Below, one piece after another: positions 9,751 through 22,100 of a stretch of DNA of 44,686 bases. The DNA is from Cyanobacteria bacterium J06626_4 (GTDB lineage Bacteria; Cyanobacteriota; Cyanobacteriia; Phormidesmidales; Phormidesmidaceae), in contig JBCBJQ010000042.1 in NCBI GenBank assembly GCA_038523235.1, forward strand, positions 1 through 44,686. The letters are read 5' to 3'. Every line of letters begins with the position of its first letter. Position 1 is the stretch's first letter. The translations under genes and the position numbers were made by a program. Below the pieces are notes generated by a model. It did no database searches. It was not told the origin of the DNA and was given only the letters and a program-made list of their open reading frames with translations.

Positions 9751-10422
9751 GCTTGTCTTCCTCTTCCCGTATCGTGGTCACTGGGTGCCTATAACCTTGA
9801 GATGTTTGACTCAGAAGAACCGTTACCTGTAATACCAAATCTGCACTCGCAACCTCGGTAACGCTTCTAATGACACCTACATTTGCCCTGTTCTCGCAGC
9901 GGGTATGCGACCCCTGTTGCCTGCCCTTAAACTAACTTATGTTGCCCAAGATATGGGAAACCCGCACTACATGTCTCGACTGTCGATAATTGTATACGCC
10001 AATTCTGATCCCAACCGGTGAGTGTGTCAGGTTCGGTCTTTTTCATCTCCCTGGGGGCCGTTCCTCGGGACTGTCTCACGGATACCGCATGATTGCCCCA
10101 TTCCAGATATGACCACTCACGGATGCGACCATCAAAGGCCTGGGCCATTGCTGAGTTTCGTCATGAGGTGTAGTCCTGTTGCATCTAGCGACATTAGCCA
10201 CGGTAGACCATATGATTGGAGACGATGGGCTAGGTTACGAGGATGCTGCTACGATTGGGAGCATTCTGCGGAGCTTTGCGACTCGCAAAGCGGCCCTCAC
10301 TTTGACCTCTGCGGACGGTAATGGGGCCTGCGGTTGTCGGGCGATCGCCGCTTGTCGTCCAGCTCTCAGCTGCTGTTGCATTTAAGCTTTATCCACCACT
10401 GATCGAGAATTGGCTACATCTT

Positions 10423-11673
10423 ATGCAGGGGCAACTCGCCGAAATTGACATTCGCAGCATCTTACAGCTCATTGAGTTAGGGCAAAGAACCGGTGAGCTT
10501 TATGTCGAAGCCTACGCGCCTGCCGCCGCCCCCAGCTCTGCTCTATCCGCCGCTCAGAGTTATTCACCTCGGTCTTGGCTGATCTTTTTTCTCAACGGCC
10601 AGATTGTCTATGCCGGCGCGACTGATGGCCAGCTCAGCCGTCTTCAGGAATATTTGCATCGCTACAGCCTGGAAGCGGCTCTCAAAGACGTCGATGTACC
10701 TGCGATCGCCACCTTTAATTCTCCTGAATACGGTTATCTCTGGGCGCTGTTAGAGAATCACACCCTCACCCCCGAGCAGGGGCGCACCATTCTTAGCGGC
10801 ATGGTGCATGAAACCTTGTTTGATGTGCTGAGTCTGCACCAAGGCTCTTTCGTCTTCAAGCTAGCGGCCGGTCTCAGTCCCCAACTCACGACCTTTGAGA
10901 TCAGCTCCTTTATTGCCACCATCACCACCCACATTCAGGCGTGGAACCAGTTTTATCCGCATATTCAGTCCCCCCACCAGTGCCCAGCGGTCGTGGATGA
11001 TCTCCCCATCCATCGCAATGATGAGAAAACCAAGCGGCTGCTGAGTTGGATGGATGGTCAGACTTCGATGCAGCAGATGGCTCGCTACCTCAACCGGAAT
11101 GTGGTCGCCGTCGCCAAGTCGATCTACCCCTACGTCCGACAGGGGCTCATTCACCTGCCTCATATGGCCGCTGCCCCTACCGCTGACAGCGCCCCAGAAG
11201 AGTGGCATGCGACCCAAGTGCCGCGCATTGTTTGTGTCGATGACGGTCTCACGATTCGTCAAACTGTGGAGCAAATCCTCGATAGTCATGGCTACGAGGC
11301 AACCTCCATCGGCAACCCGCTGCGAGCTCTCAGCCTCTTGTTTCAACTGCAGCCTGATCTCATTCTTTGTGATATCGCTATGCCAGAGCTCGAAGGTTAT
11401 GAGCTCTGCGCCATGCTGCGGCAATCGACTCGCTTTCGGCAAACTCCGATTGTCATGCTGACGGGCAAAGATGGGTTTATCGATCGCGTCAAAGCGCGCA
11501 TGGCTGGGGCTACGGACTACCTCACCAAACCTTTTGGTGCTCAAGAGTTACTGACTCTGGTGGAACGGTATGTGGGCTTGGGCAACCCAGCCCGACTCAA
11601 CCCCGATCGCCTCTTGGCCGAGGCCATTAAAGATGATCCAGAGTTAGAAACTAATCCTTCGACCTTTTCATAA
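10423..11673 (+). CDS. hmpA: PatA-family response regulator (PATAN/DUF4388 + REC), HmpA/PilG-like
   Basis: MQGQLAEIDIRSILQLIELGQRTGEL N-terminus; C-terminal REC (IVCVDD, LILCDIAMP, YLTKPF); first gene of the taxis cluster. Confidence 0.85.
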   Translation: MQGQLAEIDIRSILQLIELGQRTGELYVEAYAPAAAPSSALSAAQSYSPRSWLIFFLNGQIVYAGATDGQLSRLQEYLHRYSLEAALKDVDVPAIATFNSPEYGYLWALLENHTLTPEQGRTILSGMVHETLFDVLSLHQGSFVFKLAAGLSPQLTTFEISSFIATITTHIQAWNQFYPHIQSPHQCPAVVDDLPIHRNDEKTKRLLSWMDGQTSMQQMARYLNRNVVAVAKSIYPYVRQGLIHLPHMAAAPTADSAPEEWHATQVPRIVCVDDGLTIRQTVEQILDSHGYEATSIGNPLRALSLLFQLQPDLILCDIAMPELEGYELCAMLRQSTRFRQTPIVMLTGKDGFIDRVKARMAGATDYLTKPFGAQELLTLVERYVGLGNPARLNPDRLLAEAIKDDPELETNPSTFS

Positions 11674-12211
11674 CAATGGCAAAACGGCCTTGGTTCACCA
11701 CTCTGAGCTCATAGCAATGGTGCAGTGTTGGGGTTGAACCGGTAACGGATGTTGCGATCGCCGTTGCTAACCCTTGCTAAATCAAGATTTCATCGCTAAA
11801 TTTGCTTGACTTAAACCGTTGTGCGGTGATGGCGGTGCTCTGTCAGGCGCTGTCTTGGGTTTGACAGCCCACAGTTTGGAGCAAATCATGGTTCTGAGGA
11901 CTGTTGCAACGGTGAGTCTGCTCTGGGTTTGATCGCTCACAAGAGTTTGATGAGAACCCCCAGATCCAGTGACCCGCTAGCCAATCACATCTAATTCGGA
12001 GGCAATCTTGAGTTGCGCGGCCCTAATCACTATTCAGTCAAGCCATCACAAGTTAACCAATTAATGCAGATCGCAAGCATTTTGTAGGTTTGGGGTACCT
12101 TAAAAAGCACAGGATATTGATGCAGTTAGCAAGCTGTAGTAAGTGCTCAGACCAGCCAATTAAATCTAAAAAATTGCATCAGGGAAGCCAATTTGCGAGT
12201 TGTTGAATATT

Positions 12212-12580
12212 ATGAGCATGGTTTTAGTGGTGGAGGACAGTATTCCCCAACGGGAAATGATCACTGAACTGCTAAGGGGAAATGGCTTACAGGTCGCTGC
12301 TGCAACCGATGGCGTCGAGGCCCTGGCACAAATTCAAGCGGGTGAACATCCTGATCTCGTCGTGCTCGATATTGTGATGCCTCGCATGAATGGCTATGAA
12401 GTTTGCCGCCGTCTTAAAGCTGATCCCATTACCCAGCATGTTCCGGTTATTTTATGTTCTTCCAAAGGGGAAGAATTTGACCGCTATTGGGGCATGAAAC
12501 AAGGCGCTGATGCCTACATTGCCAAGCCGTTTCAACCAACAGAGCTGATTGGCACGGTCAAACAGTTGCTTCGAGAATAG
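12212..12580 (+). CDS. hmpB: CheY-like single-domain response regulator, HmpB/PilH-like
   Basis: VLVVEDS, LVVLDIVMP and DRYWGMKQGADAYIAKPF motifs; synteny. Confidence 0.88.
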   Translation: MSMVLVVEDSIPQREMITELLRGNGLQVAAATDGVEALAQIQAGEHPDLVVLDIVMPRMNGYEVCRRLKADPITQHVPVILCSSKGEEFDRYWGMKQGADAYIAKPFQPTELIGTVKQLLRE

Positions 12581-12601
12581 TAGTGAGGGATAGAGAAACA
12601 G

Positions 12602-13135
12602 ATGGTCGGCAATCCCGATTTTTTAACAGGCAGAGGGCAAGAACAAGGCCCCGAGCTGCAAGAGCTGGAAACGCCCGAAGGCGAACTTTACTTGCGCTTT
12701 TTTGTCACCTCAGGCGATGAGTTTGCTCTGCCAGCGACGGGAATTCGGCGCATTATTGAGCATCCTCCTGACAGAATTACGGCAGTTCCCAATGTGTCAC
12801 CGCTTTTGTTAGGTACCCTAAATGAACAAGGTCGAGTCATCTGGGTTGCCGATTTAGGTCAATTTTTGGGTTATGCCACGCAGCTGAATACTGACCGGCC
12901 TGAGATCCCCGTCATCGCGGTTGAAGAACAGGGAACTATGCTAGGCTTGGCGGTTAATCAGATCGTTGGGACGGATTGGATGGATCTCGAAAACCTCAAT
13001 CTTTCTCAGGGGACGCCTGATACGATGGCCCCCTTTCTGAAGGGAGAGTGGGCGATGGAAGAAAATGACTCTGAGCGAGTGGTTCGGCTACTGGATCATG
13101 TCGCTGTTCTGAGGTCAGCTCGCTGGGCGGCCTAA
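12602..13135 (+). CDS. hmpC: CheW-like adaptor, HmpC/PilI-like
   Basis: ITAVPNVSPLLLGTLNEQGRVIWVADLGQFLG and LGLAVNQIVG CheW motifs; synteny. Confidence 0.88.
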   Translation: MVGNPDFLTGRGQEQGPELQELETPEGELYLRFFVTSGDEFALPATGIRRIIEHPPDRITAVPNVSPLLLGTLNEQGRVIWVADLGQFLGYATQLNTDRPEIPVIAVEEQGTMLGLAVNQIVGTDWMDLENLNLSQGTPDTMAPFLKGEWAMEENDSERVVRLLDHVAVLRSARWAA

Positions 13136-13174
13136 CAGCTGTATTTAGATTGATTAAATGGCAGGAGAGAGGAA

Positions 13175-15985
13175 ATGGCGTCGAGCACTGATTATACTCA
13201 AGCATATCAGAAAGCTGAAAGAGCCTACATGCAGGGCAGCTATGAAGATGCTGCCGGGATTATCGATCAGCTGGCTGCCGAGTATCCTACGGATCCCAGC
13301 GTGCTGCTGCTCCGCGGGCATATCTATTGTTATGGCCTACATCGCTATGGCGAAGCTCGCGATCAGTATCAGGCAGTTCTCAATATCACATCAGACCCGG
13401 AGTTTGTTGACTTTGCCCACAACGGCCTGGCCTATGCCGAAGAGCAGTCAGCCGCCACATCCTCTTACGGTGCCGATGATGTTGAGAGCATGACCGATGG
13501 CAATGCCACATTGGCTGACCTCTCAATTCCCCAAGAAGCTTTTGCCGAGCATGATGCGGGTGCGCCTGAGATTTTTGAAGAAGAAGACCTGACTGATTTC
13601 AATCTGAGCGCAGCTGAGGTTGATTTGGAGTTGTCTAATGACTTGATCGATGCCGACGACGCCTTTGCCAGTCCCTTTGATCTGCCGGCCGAAGACTTTC
13701 CTCCCTCCGTCTCTGAAGCTTCGTCGGCAACTGCTGATCCCTTTGCCGCCCCTAGCGTTTCCGAGCCAGACTTGGCTGATATGCCTGAAGAGGCCCCTTT
13801 TGGTGCCAGCCTTGATTTGTCAGATATTGACATGCCCGCATCAGAAATGACAGGGGATGATCCGTTTTCGGCCTTTGAAAATTTAGAAACTGCTGAGACT
13901 GATCCGGAACCGCTGGCCAACCCGAGTCCGCTTGATATTGACGTGGCAACGGCTCCCACCGAAATGGAAGCGGAGCTCGACATGGCAGAGGAACTCGACT
14001 ACGGCGACTACGATGACAGCTTGCTGCCGGAAGACGCCACGATGGAAATGGGTGCCGATGAGCAAACGCTATTCATGGCGGAACCGGCTGTCGAGTCTCC
14101 CGATATGGCTGAGGCGGCGGCTGAGGACGCGATTGTCGAGAATTTTTCGAGTTCAGCTTATCCGCTCGATGACAGCCCGACGGGCGAAACCTACGACGAC
14201 CTCAGCTTTACTGACAATGGTGCCGCGATCGCGGATGACAGCTCCAGTAGTCAAAGTAACGTTGATTTCTTAGATGAGTTTGATGAATTTGACGACCTGG
14301 GTAGCATTCCTGATTTTGAGCTGACCGATAGCTCTGCCGGGTTTACGAGCCCTTCTGCCGGGAGTTCTGGCTTTAACGCCAGCGATGACACGGGCGAGAC
14401 GAGTTTTGGAGCCTCCGACTTTGCTTTGGATGACGCCAGCTCCGCCAGTCTTGAGAACGAAGAGATGTTCAGCATCTCTGAAACAGCGGATCAGCTGCCC
14501 GCCTTTGCCCAGGTCGATGACGATGAAACGGCCTTAGCGCAGGTTGAACAGGGTGGCTTAGCGTTTTTAGAAAACGCCTCCATTGATAAAAAGCAGATCA
14601 TGATTGCGGGCGTGACAGGCTTAGTCTCAGCCTTCACCGTCGCCGCCGTTAACTTTATCGGTGCCAGCTTGTTGCCCGAGCAGAAGCTGCCTCGAGGTAT
14701 TCCTCCGGCGATGGCGATCGCGGCTGGGCTGGCTGGTTTCGGCACTGCGGCCGGAGTTGGGCATCTGGCTAACCGCCGGACCAAACAGGGCCTAGAAAAC
14801 CTGCAGGCACAATTCGCCTCAGTGTCTCAAGGCAATCTCAACGCTCGCGCCACCGTTTACGCGGAGGACGATGTGGGGCAGCTGTCGACGGGCTTTAACC
14901 AGATGGCTCGGGTAATCTTGACCACCACCAGTGAAGCCCAGCGCAAAGCGCAGGAGCAAGAACAGGCCAAAGAAGATCTGCAGCGTCAGGTGATTCGTCT
15001 CCTCGACGATGTGGAAGGAGCGGCCCGAGGCGATCTCACCGTTCAAGCCGAAGTCACTGCTGACGTGTTGGGAGCGGTCGCTGACTCCTTTAACCTGACG
15101 ATTCAAAACCTGCAGGAAATTGTCCAACAGGTGAGTGCAGCCGCTCGACAGGTGAGTAACGCCTCCGCTGAGAATGAAACCTTTGCCCGCAGTCTGTCTG
15201 CTGACGCGCTGCGACAGGCTGAGGAGCTGGCAGTTACCTTAAACTCGGTGCAGGTGATGACCGACTCGATTCAGCGGGTGGCCGAAAGCGCCCGTGAGGC
15301 TGAAGAGGTGGCGCGGTCAGCTTCGGCCACTGCCCTGCGCGGGGGGGAATCGGTGGAACGGACGGTGGCCGGTATTCTCGAAATTCGCGAAACCGTGGCG
15401 GAAACGACCCGTAAAGTGAAGCGTCTGGCTGAATCTTCCCAAGAAATTTCGAAGATTGTGGCTTTGATTTCGCAAATTGCCTCCCGGACGAACCTTCTTG
15501 CCCTCAACGCCAGTATTGAGGCAGCACGAGCTGGTGAAGCGGGTCGAGGCTTCGCTATCGTGGCTGACGAGGTGCGGCAGCTTGCTGACCGAGCCGCGAA
15601 AGCATCGAAAGAAATTGAACAAATCGTCTTGCAGATTCAAAGTGAGACGAGTGGTGTGATGACGGCGATGGAGGAAGGCACCCAGCAGGTGATTGAGGGC
15701 ACCCGCTTGGCGGAACAGGCGAAGCGATCGCTGGAAGATATTATTCAAGTCTCCAACCGCATTGATGTCTTGGTGCGCTCTATTACCGCTGACACCGTTG
15801 AGCAAACCGAAACCTCGCGAACCGTGGCACAGGTGATGCAATCGGTGGAACTGACTGCGCAGGAAACCTCTCAAGAATCTCAGCGGGTGTCAGGCTCGTT
15901 GCAGAATCTGGTGGGCGTCGCCCGCGACCTGCTCACCTCAGTAGAGCGCTTTAAGGTAGACAAAACGGAGGATACAGCTAGTTAG
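13175..15985 (+). CDS. hmpD: Methyl-accepting chemotaxis protein, HmpD/PilJ-like (TPR, acidic linker, 2 TM, HAMP, signalling domain)
   Basis: [37 protein letters not shown] hairpin tip, HAMP motifs ([22 protein letters not shown]), N-terminal TPR-like helices; GGAGAGAGGA RBS upstream. Confidence 0.92.
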   Translation: MASSTDYTQAYQKAERAYMQGSYEDAAGIIDQLAAEYPTDPSVLLLRGHIYCYGLHRYGEARDQYQAVLNITSDPEFVDFAHNGLAYAEEQSAATSSYGADDVESMTDGNATLADLSIPQEAFAEHDAGAPEIFEEEDLTDFNLSAAEVDLELSNDLIDADDAFASPFDLPAEDFPPSVSEASSATADPFAAPSVSEPDLADMPEEAPFGASLDLSDIDMPASEMTGDDPFSAFENLETAETDPEPLANPSPLDIDVATAPTEMEAELDMAEELDYGDYDDSLLPEDATMEMGADEQTLFMAEPAVESPDMAEAAAEDAIVENFSSSAYPLDDSPTGETYDDLSFTDNGAAIADDSSSSQSNVDFLDEFDEFDDLGSIPDFELTDSSAGFTSPSAGSSGFNASDDTGETSFGASDFALDDASSASLENEEMFSISETADQLPAFAQVDDDETALAQVEQGGLAFLENASIDKKQIMIAGVTGLVSAFTVAAVNFIGASLLPEQKLPRGIPPAMAIAAGLAGFGTAAGVGHLANRRTKQGLENLQAQFASVSQGNLNARATVYAEDDVGQLSTGFNQMARVILTTTSEAQRKAQEQEQAKEDLQRQVIRLLDDVEGAARGDLTVQAEVTADVLGAVADSFNLTIQNLQEIVQQVSAAARQVSNASAENETFARSLSADALRQAEELAVTLNSVQVMTDSIQRVAESAREAEEVARSASATALRGGESVERTVAGILEIRETVAETTRKVKRLAESSQEISKIVALISQIASRTNLLALNASIEAARAGEAGRGFAIVADEVRQLADRAAKASKEIEQIVLQIQSETSGVMTAMEEGTQQVIEGTRLAEQAKRSLEDIIQVSNRIDVLVRSITADTVEQTETSRTVAQVMQSVELTAQETSQESQRVSGSLQNLVGVARDLLTSVERFKVDKTEDTAS

Positions 15986-16182
15986 AGAAAGACAGCCACC
16001 GGTCAACTCTGCCGAAATATTAAGTGCTGTAAAAGTACGCATTTTCGACCCACTAAGATGTCTCAGCAAAGGTGTGTTTAGCCCAACTAGCTGACTGCAG
16101 CAGACATGGGGAAGTCAGTTTTCATACCGCGATCGATCAATTCAAGGGCACCACACACGAGCACGAGGGGGGATAGTCCGCC

Positions 16183-19100
16183 ATGATGCCTGAACAGCAG
16201 CAAAGAATCCTGGGATACTTCATTGAAGAGGCGAAGGATCACCTAAATACGATTGAGCAGGGACTGCTGAATCTTCAAGCCACCATTCAAGATCGAGAGA
16301 TGATGAATGAGGTTTTTCGGGCCGCTCACTCGGTGAAAGGCGGCGCTGCCATGCTGAGTTTAAACAGCATCCAGCTCACTTCTCACCGCTTAGAAGACTA
16401 TTTCAAAATCCTCAAAGAAGCCCCCTCGACCCAAGTTGATAGAACGCTGGAGTCGATGTTTCTCCAGCTCTTTGACGGACTGCAGGCGCTCTTAGAAGAA
16501 CTCCAGGGGCCGTTCGGACTAACTGAAGACAAAGCCCAAGAAGTGATGGCTGATGTCGAGCCGGTGTTTGATCGCCTCGAAGCCCATCTCAACACGTTGG
16601 TCGACACCACAGCGGCCCCCGCCGCCCCCCCCGCTGCCCCAGTCGCCCCGGCTGTCCCGAAAGTATCGGCCTTGGCCACTGAGCGTGAAGACAGTGCTCT
16701 TAAGCTGGTGTTTACCAGTGATGTCCCCAGTCATCTCCGGGAGATGCTGACGCTGTTTAAGCAAGCTGATTCCGCGTCTAGTCGCGCTGCTCTACAGGCC
16801 TGCTGCGAGACCCTGAAGCGCAGTGGTGAGCAGTTTGACCTCACGGCTTGGTGTGCCCTCACGGCAACCGCGAGTCAAGCTGTCGGCAACCCTGAGCAAA
16901 CCTACCGGTCGTTGGCCCCGGTCGTCATCAAAGAACTCAAACGCGCTCAAGAACAGGTGCTCTCAGGGCAAGCTGAGGCGATCGCCGTGTCAGCCGAACT
17001 GACGTCTCTGATGCCGGTGATAGTGGAGGCAGCCGCACCGGCGGAGATCGACGATCTGCTCGAAGACATCTCGGTAGCCACCGAAGACGCGGATTTTGCC
17101 GATCTCTTTGGTACTGACGAGGTACCGGCAACTGCAGCCGCTGCTGATCTCGACTGGTTAGACCTGTCTGACGCCGAACCGGCAGCGGCGGCTGATCTCG
17201 ATAGTGATGACCTCAGCACCTCTCTAGAGGCGTTCGCTAATCCTGAGCCCAGCGCACCCGAGGACGCAGCCGCCCCGCGCGAACCGTTTGTGGGTGCTGC
17301 CGAGCTGAATAGCCTCGCCGATCTGTTTGAAGGAGAAGTGGCCGAACTCGACTCCCCTTGGGAAGAAATTTCTGAATCCGAAGCGGCGATCGCCGATCAT
17401 CCTAATCCCGACATCGATGTTGCCGACGACTTTTCGGACTTACTCGACGGGGCTCTGGACGAAGAAGCCTCAGCAACACAGACCGATATCGCCGATCTCT
17501 TTGGCGATACACCAGGCTTCGAAGCTACCGCTGAGACCACGCCTACCGATGTGGACGAGGTCGAAGACGATCTCGCTGATCTTCTCAATCTCGAAGTCGC
17601 AGCCGCTTCGGTAGAAGCCGTCGACAGTGCCGAGTCGACCTTGGACGATGAAGCAGACGACGGCCTTGATGTCTTCCTCGACAGTTTTTCAGAAGCCGCT
17701 GATGAGGCCGTGACAGACGAGACCTCAGTCACGGATGAGAGTCCGGCTGTAGTCACGGACGCAGCGCTTTCAGAGGATGCCTTCGAGCTGCTGGACACGC
17801 CCGAATCTGAGCCAAATATTGACCTTGATCTAGGCGCTGTTGAGGTGCTCGACGAGACCACACCCCGCTCGACGGCAGCGACGGACTTAGACAGCATAGA
17901 CAGCAATGAGGGCTCTTTTGGTGCCATTTCTGACCCTTGGTCGTCGGATGATTTGCCAGCAGACGACCCCGCCGAAGATGCCCTCGATGCGCTTGACGAA
18001 CTGTGGACCGAGGGGCAGTCTGAAGAGTCAGTGGATGAGATGCCATCCGCCGCAGTCAGTTCTGATGCAACCGACTTTGACGAATTTGCTGACCTAGATC
18101 TGGTTGAGGAGTCCGATAGCGCAACTGACTCAGCGTCAGCGTCGCCCGTCCCCGAAACTGATACCAGTTCAGACTTTGATGACTTTGCCGATCTCGGCTT
18201 GGATGTCGAGCCCACCGGGACTGTTGACTTGGCGGCTCCCGCTCCCACGACCGAGCTTGATGAGCTGGGTTTTGATGCCGCCGCGACCGACACCGATCTA
18301 GGCGACCTGTTCGGTTCCGCCAGCGATCCCCGCGATAGCGATATGAGCGATATTGATGCAGCCTTGTCGGCGATCGCCAGTGATGACGAGACCATTGATG
18401 CCGAACTGTCTGATATCTTTGCGGATACGCCGACCAGCGATACCGCCACCACAGAGGCCGACTTAAACCTGCTTTTGGATGAGACTGCGGCCAGTGACTT
18501 GGACGTCGCGGCGGCAGCAAGCATTGAGGTTGAGGATGATTTAGGGGGGCTGTTTGACGATGAAGTCGCAGCAGCTGATGCTGAGGTCGCTGACGACAGT
18601 GATCTGGGTGAACTGATGGGTGAGGCGATCGCCGCCGAATCAGGTCTCTCCCTTGACTTTGAATCTGCTGAGGCCGTGAGCGGTGATCTGACTGATCTCT
18701 CACTATTTGATGCTGGTGCTGACAGTCCATCGCCGGTTGAGCCGGATGACCTCGCCGATCTCGCATTGTTTAACGAAGGTGCTACCGCTGAAGGCACATC
18801 GTTGGACGATGCGGCAGCAGCGACCCCGGCGACTGATACTGATCTGGATGCCCTCGATCCCATCGCTTCTAATGGGGATGATTTAGACGCTCTGCTCAAC
18901 GCTGACGACGCTGCGACCGTGGATGAGGTGGCCATGGCGTTTGATGGGATAGTGACTGATGAGGGAGCAACCGATGCCGCCGCTGACCTTGATCTGAACC
19001 TTGCCGCTGCGGATGACAATGATTTAGGGCTCGATGCCCTGAATGACCCACTTGACAGCCGACTGAGTGAGCCGGCAGCTGAGCTGGATGATTTCAATTC

Positions 19101-22100
19101 AGATCTCACTGGTGATTTATCTCTAGAGGGAGACGATGCCGCGATCCTCAGCAGTGATGAGAATAGCTTTTTTGACGCTGAGCCCGCGGCGTCCGCTGCA
19201 TCCCCGGCAGTGACCGCAGGCGTCATCCCAGAAGATGACATTGATGCCTTTTTTGCGACCCCAACGGCAACCTCAGAACCGGCTGCAGCATCGGATGAAT
19301 TTGACGATTTCCTCTCTAGCCCTAAGGCCACCGACGCCACCAGCGATAGCGACTTTTTAGCAGTTGAGAGTACGGTTTCTGATGAGCCTGACGTCACGAC
19401 TGCAGCTCTTGATGAAGGCCTTGACGATGAGCTTGACGCTTTGGCAGCGATTAGCGAGTCGACCGACGGCATTGGCGAATTGGACTTGCTGACTGCTGAT
19501 AACGCTGAAGCGTTTGACCTGACGACTGACGATGAGCCAGCGGCGGTTGATAGTTTGTTTGAAATCGATGAGTTAGACGCAGCAACGGCTGAGTCCGATC
19601 GCTCCTTGGCGGCAGCCGACCCATTGGACGTCAACGGCAGTATGGTGCTGGACGACCTCGAAGCGGGGGCAGACAGTGTTGATTTGTTTGAAGTATCTTC
19701 CCCTGACGAAGCGGATAGCGCGCCGCTGGAATCTTCACTGTCAGAAGCTGACGACCTTCTATCCATCAATGATGTGATTGATGAGAGCGATCATCTGGAA
19801 ACTGAGCTGACGGAGACTGCTGATTTAGGATTGGATATCAGCACTAGCAGTGACGTTGACGATGCCGAGGACTTGGTGGGTCTCGATGCGCTGCTCGACG
19901 ATGCTCCGACTGACGCTGCCAATGCCGAGTTGGATCTCAGCGCCAGCAGTGACATTGAAGATGCCGAGGATTTACTTGGTCTCGACGCGTTGTTAGATGA
20001 CGCTCCGACTGATGCTGTTGGTGCGGTAGGGGAAGAGACTAGCCTCGATGATCTCGACGCGCTGCTAGAGGATGCCCCTGCTGTCAGTGATGCCGGTGAG
20101 GAGGCCAACTTAGATGAGCTGGATGCGCTGTTAGACGACGCTCCGACTGCCAATAATACGGCTGACTTCGATGGCCTCGATGCGCTGCTGGATGATGCCC
20201 CCACGGCTGCTGAGACCGGTACTGATGAGGCCGACTTTGATAGCTTAGACGCGCTGCTCGACGACGCTCCTGCTGGTTCGCAAACCGCCGCTGGCTTCGA
20301 CGAACTCGATGACCTGCTCGGGACGGATGCTGACAATGGGTTGACTGACGCGGGGGAGGGCGATGTCGACTTTGACGAATTAGATGCCCTCATTGGTGAC
20401 GACTCTCCTCGTAAGGTGACCGGGGAAAGTGCTGCCAACGCGGCCGCTGATGATGATTTTGGGGATTTAGAAAAGCTCCTCGAAGAAGCTGATCAAGCCT
20501 TGGGTGGTCCCTCCGCTTCCATTCGCTCCACGAGTGCTCGACGCGCCCCGCGCCGGGTGGGTGGCATTGTTGACCAAACGATGCGGGTTTCAGTCAAACA
20601 TCTCGACAACCTCAACAACCTGGTGGGCGAGCTGGTCGTCAACCGCAATTCTTTAGAACAGGATCAAGATCGCTTCCGGCAGTTTCTCGACAATCTGTTG
20701 TTTCAAGTGCAGCAGTTAAACGATGTCGGTCAGCGGATGCGCGATCTCTATGAGCGATCGCTCTTAGAAAGCTCCCTTTTAGCTAGTCGGCAGGCCTTTC
20801 AGAGTGGCGGGCTCGCTCCAGCGCCTAATAAACACGGTGGCAACGGCGATGGCCATGCGACCGGCGCTAGCTTCGATGCCCTAGAGATGGATCGCTTTAC
20901 CGGTTTCCATACTCTTACTCAGGAAATGATCGAACTGATCGTCCGAGTGCGAGAATCTTCCTCTGACATCGCCTACACCGTAGAATCGACGGATCAGATT
21001 GCGCGCCAGTTTCGGCAGGTTACCACTCAGCTACAAGAGGGGCTGAATAAGGCTCGCATGGTGCCCTTTGCCCAGACCGCCGATCGCTTGCCCCGCGCTG
21101 TACGAGATATTTCGATCAAATGTGGCAAAGAGGCGCGTCTGGTGGTCGAGGGTCGCGACACGCTCATCGATAAGATGCTGCTAGAGCGGCTCTATGACCC
21201 GATGACTCACCTGGTCAATAATGCTATTACCCATGGAATTGAGTCCCCCGAAGAGCGGGCTGCTGTGGGTAAGCCGCGTGAGGGCAAAATCACCGTCCGC
21301 GCCTTTTATCAGGGTAATCAAACCGTCATCTACATTGAAGATGATGGTGGTGGCATCAACCCAGATGTCGTTAAGAGTAAAGCCATTCAGCGAGGCATCA
21401 TCACTCAGGCCGATGCCGACCGCATGGATACTCTAGAGACCTACGAACTCCTCTTTCGTCACGGCTTTAGTACGCGCGATCGAGCTGATGACTTTGCGGG
21501 TCGGGGCGTCGGTATGGATGTGGTGCGCACCGCCCTGGCAGAAATTCGCGGCTCCATCACCATCGATTCGGAAATGGGCAAAGGCACGAGCTTTACTATT
21601 CGCTTGCCACTGACCCTCAGTATCTCGAAAGCATTGAGCTGTCTGAATAACCAAGCACGCATTGCCTTCCCGATGGACGGGGTTGAAGATATGTTCGACG
21701 TGCCTCGCGAGCGCGTGCAAACAGACGATGAAGGCCAAAACGCGATTCAGTGGCGCGACATGCTGCTGTCATTCCAACCTTTGTCAGAGCTGCTGCACTT
21801 TAATCGGGCCTTGGGACGAGGTCGTGTTTATGGTGGCAACCAAGATGACAACATGGTTTCCATCGTAGTTCTGCGGAATGCCAGCACCTACATCGGCATT
21901 GAAGTCGATCGCGTGCTCGGTGAACAGGAAATTGTGATCAAGCAAATCGAAGGCCCGGTGCCCAAACCAATGGGGATTGCCGGGGCGACCGTGCTGGGGG
22001 ATGGCCGCGTGATGCCGATTGGCGATGTGCTTGAACTGATTGACATTGCCCAGGGTCGCGTCCGTCGCGAAGCGGGGTCTTCGATCTGGTCGCAAATTGA

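Noticed and set aside
17397..19769. 790-aa S/A-rich antisense ORF, and similar ones at 13465-13983 and 19791-20438
   Set aside because: These are shadows of the D/E/A-rich codons of hmpE and hmpD; the poly-Ser composition is the reverse complement of GAY/GAR codons.
19822..20480. Repeat-spacer pattern considered as a CRISPR array
   Set aside because: It is in-frame within hmpE, degenerate at third codon positions and irregularly spaced, with no cas genes.
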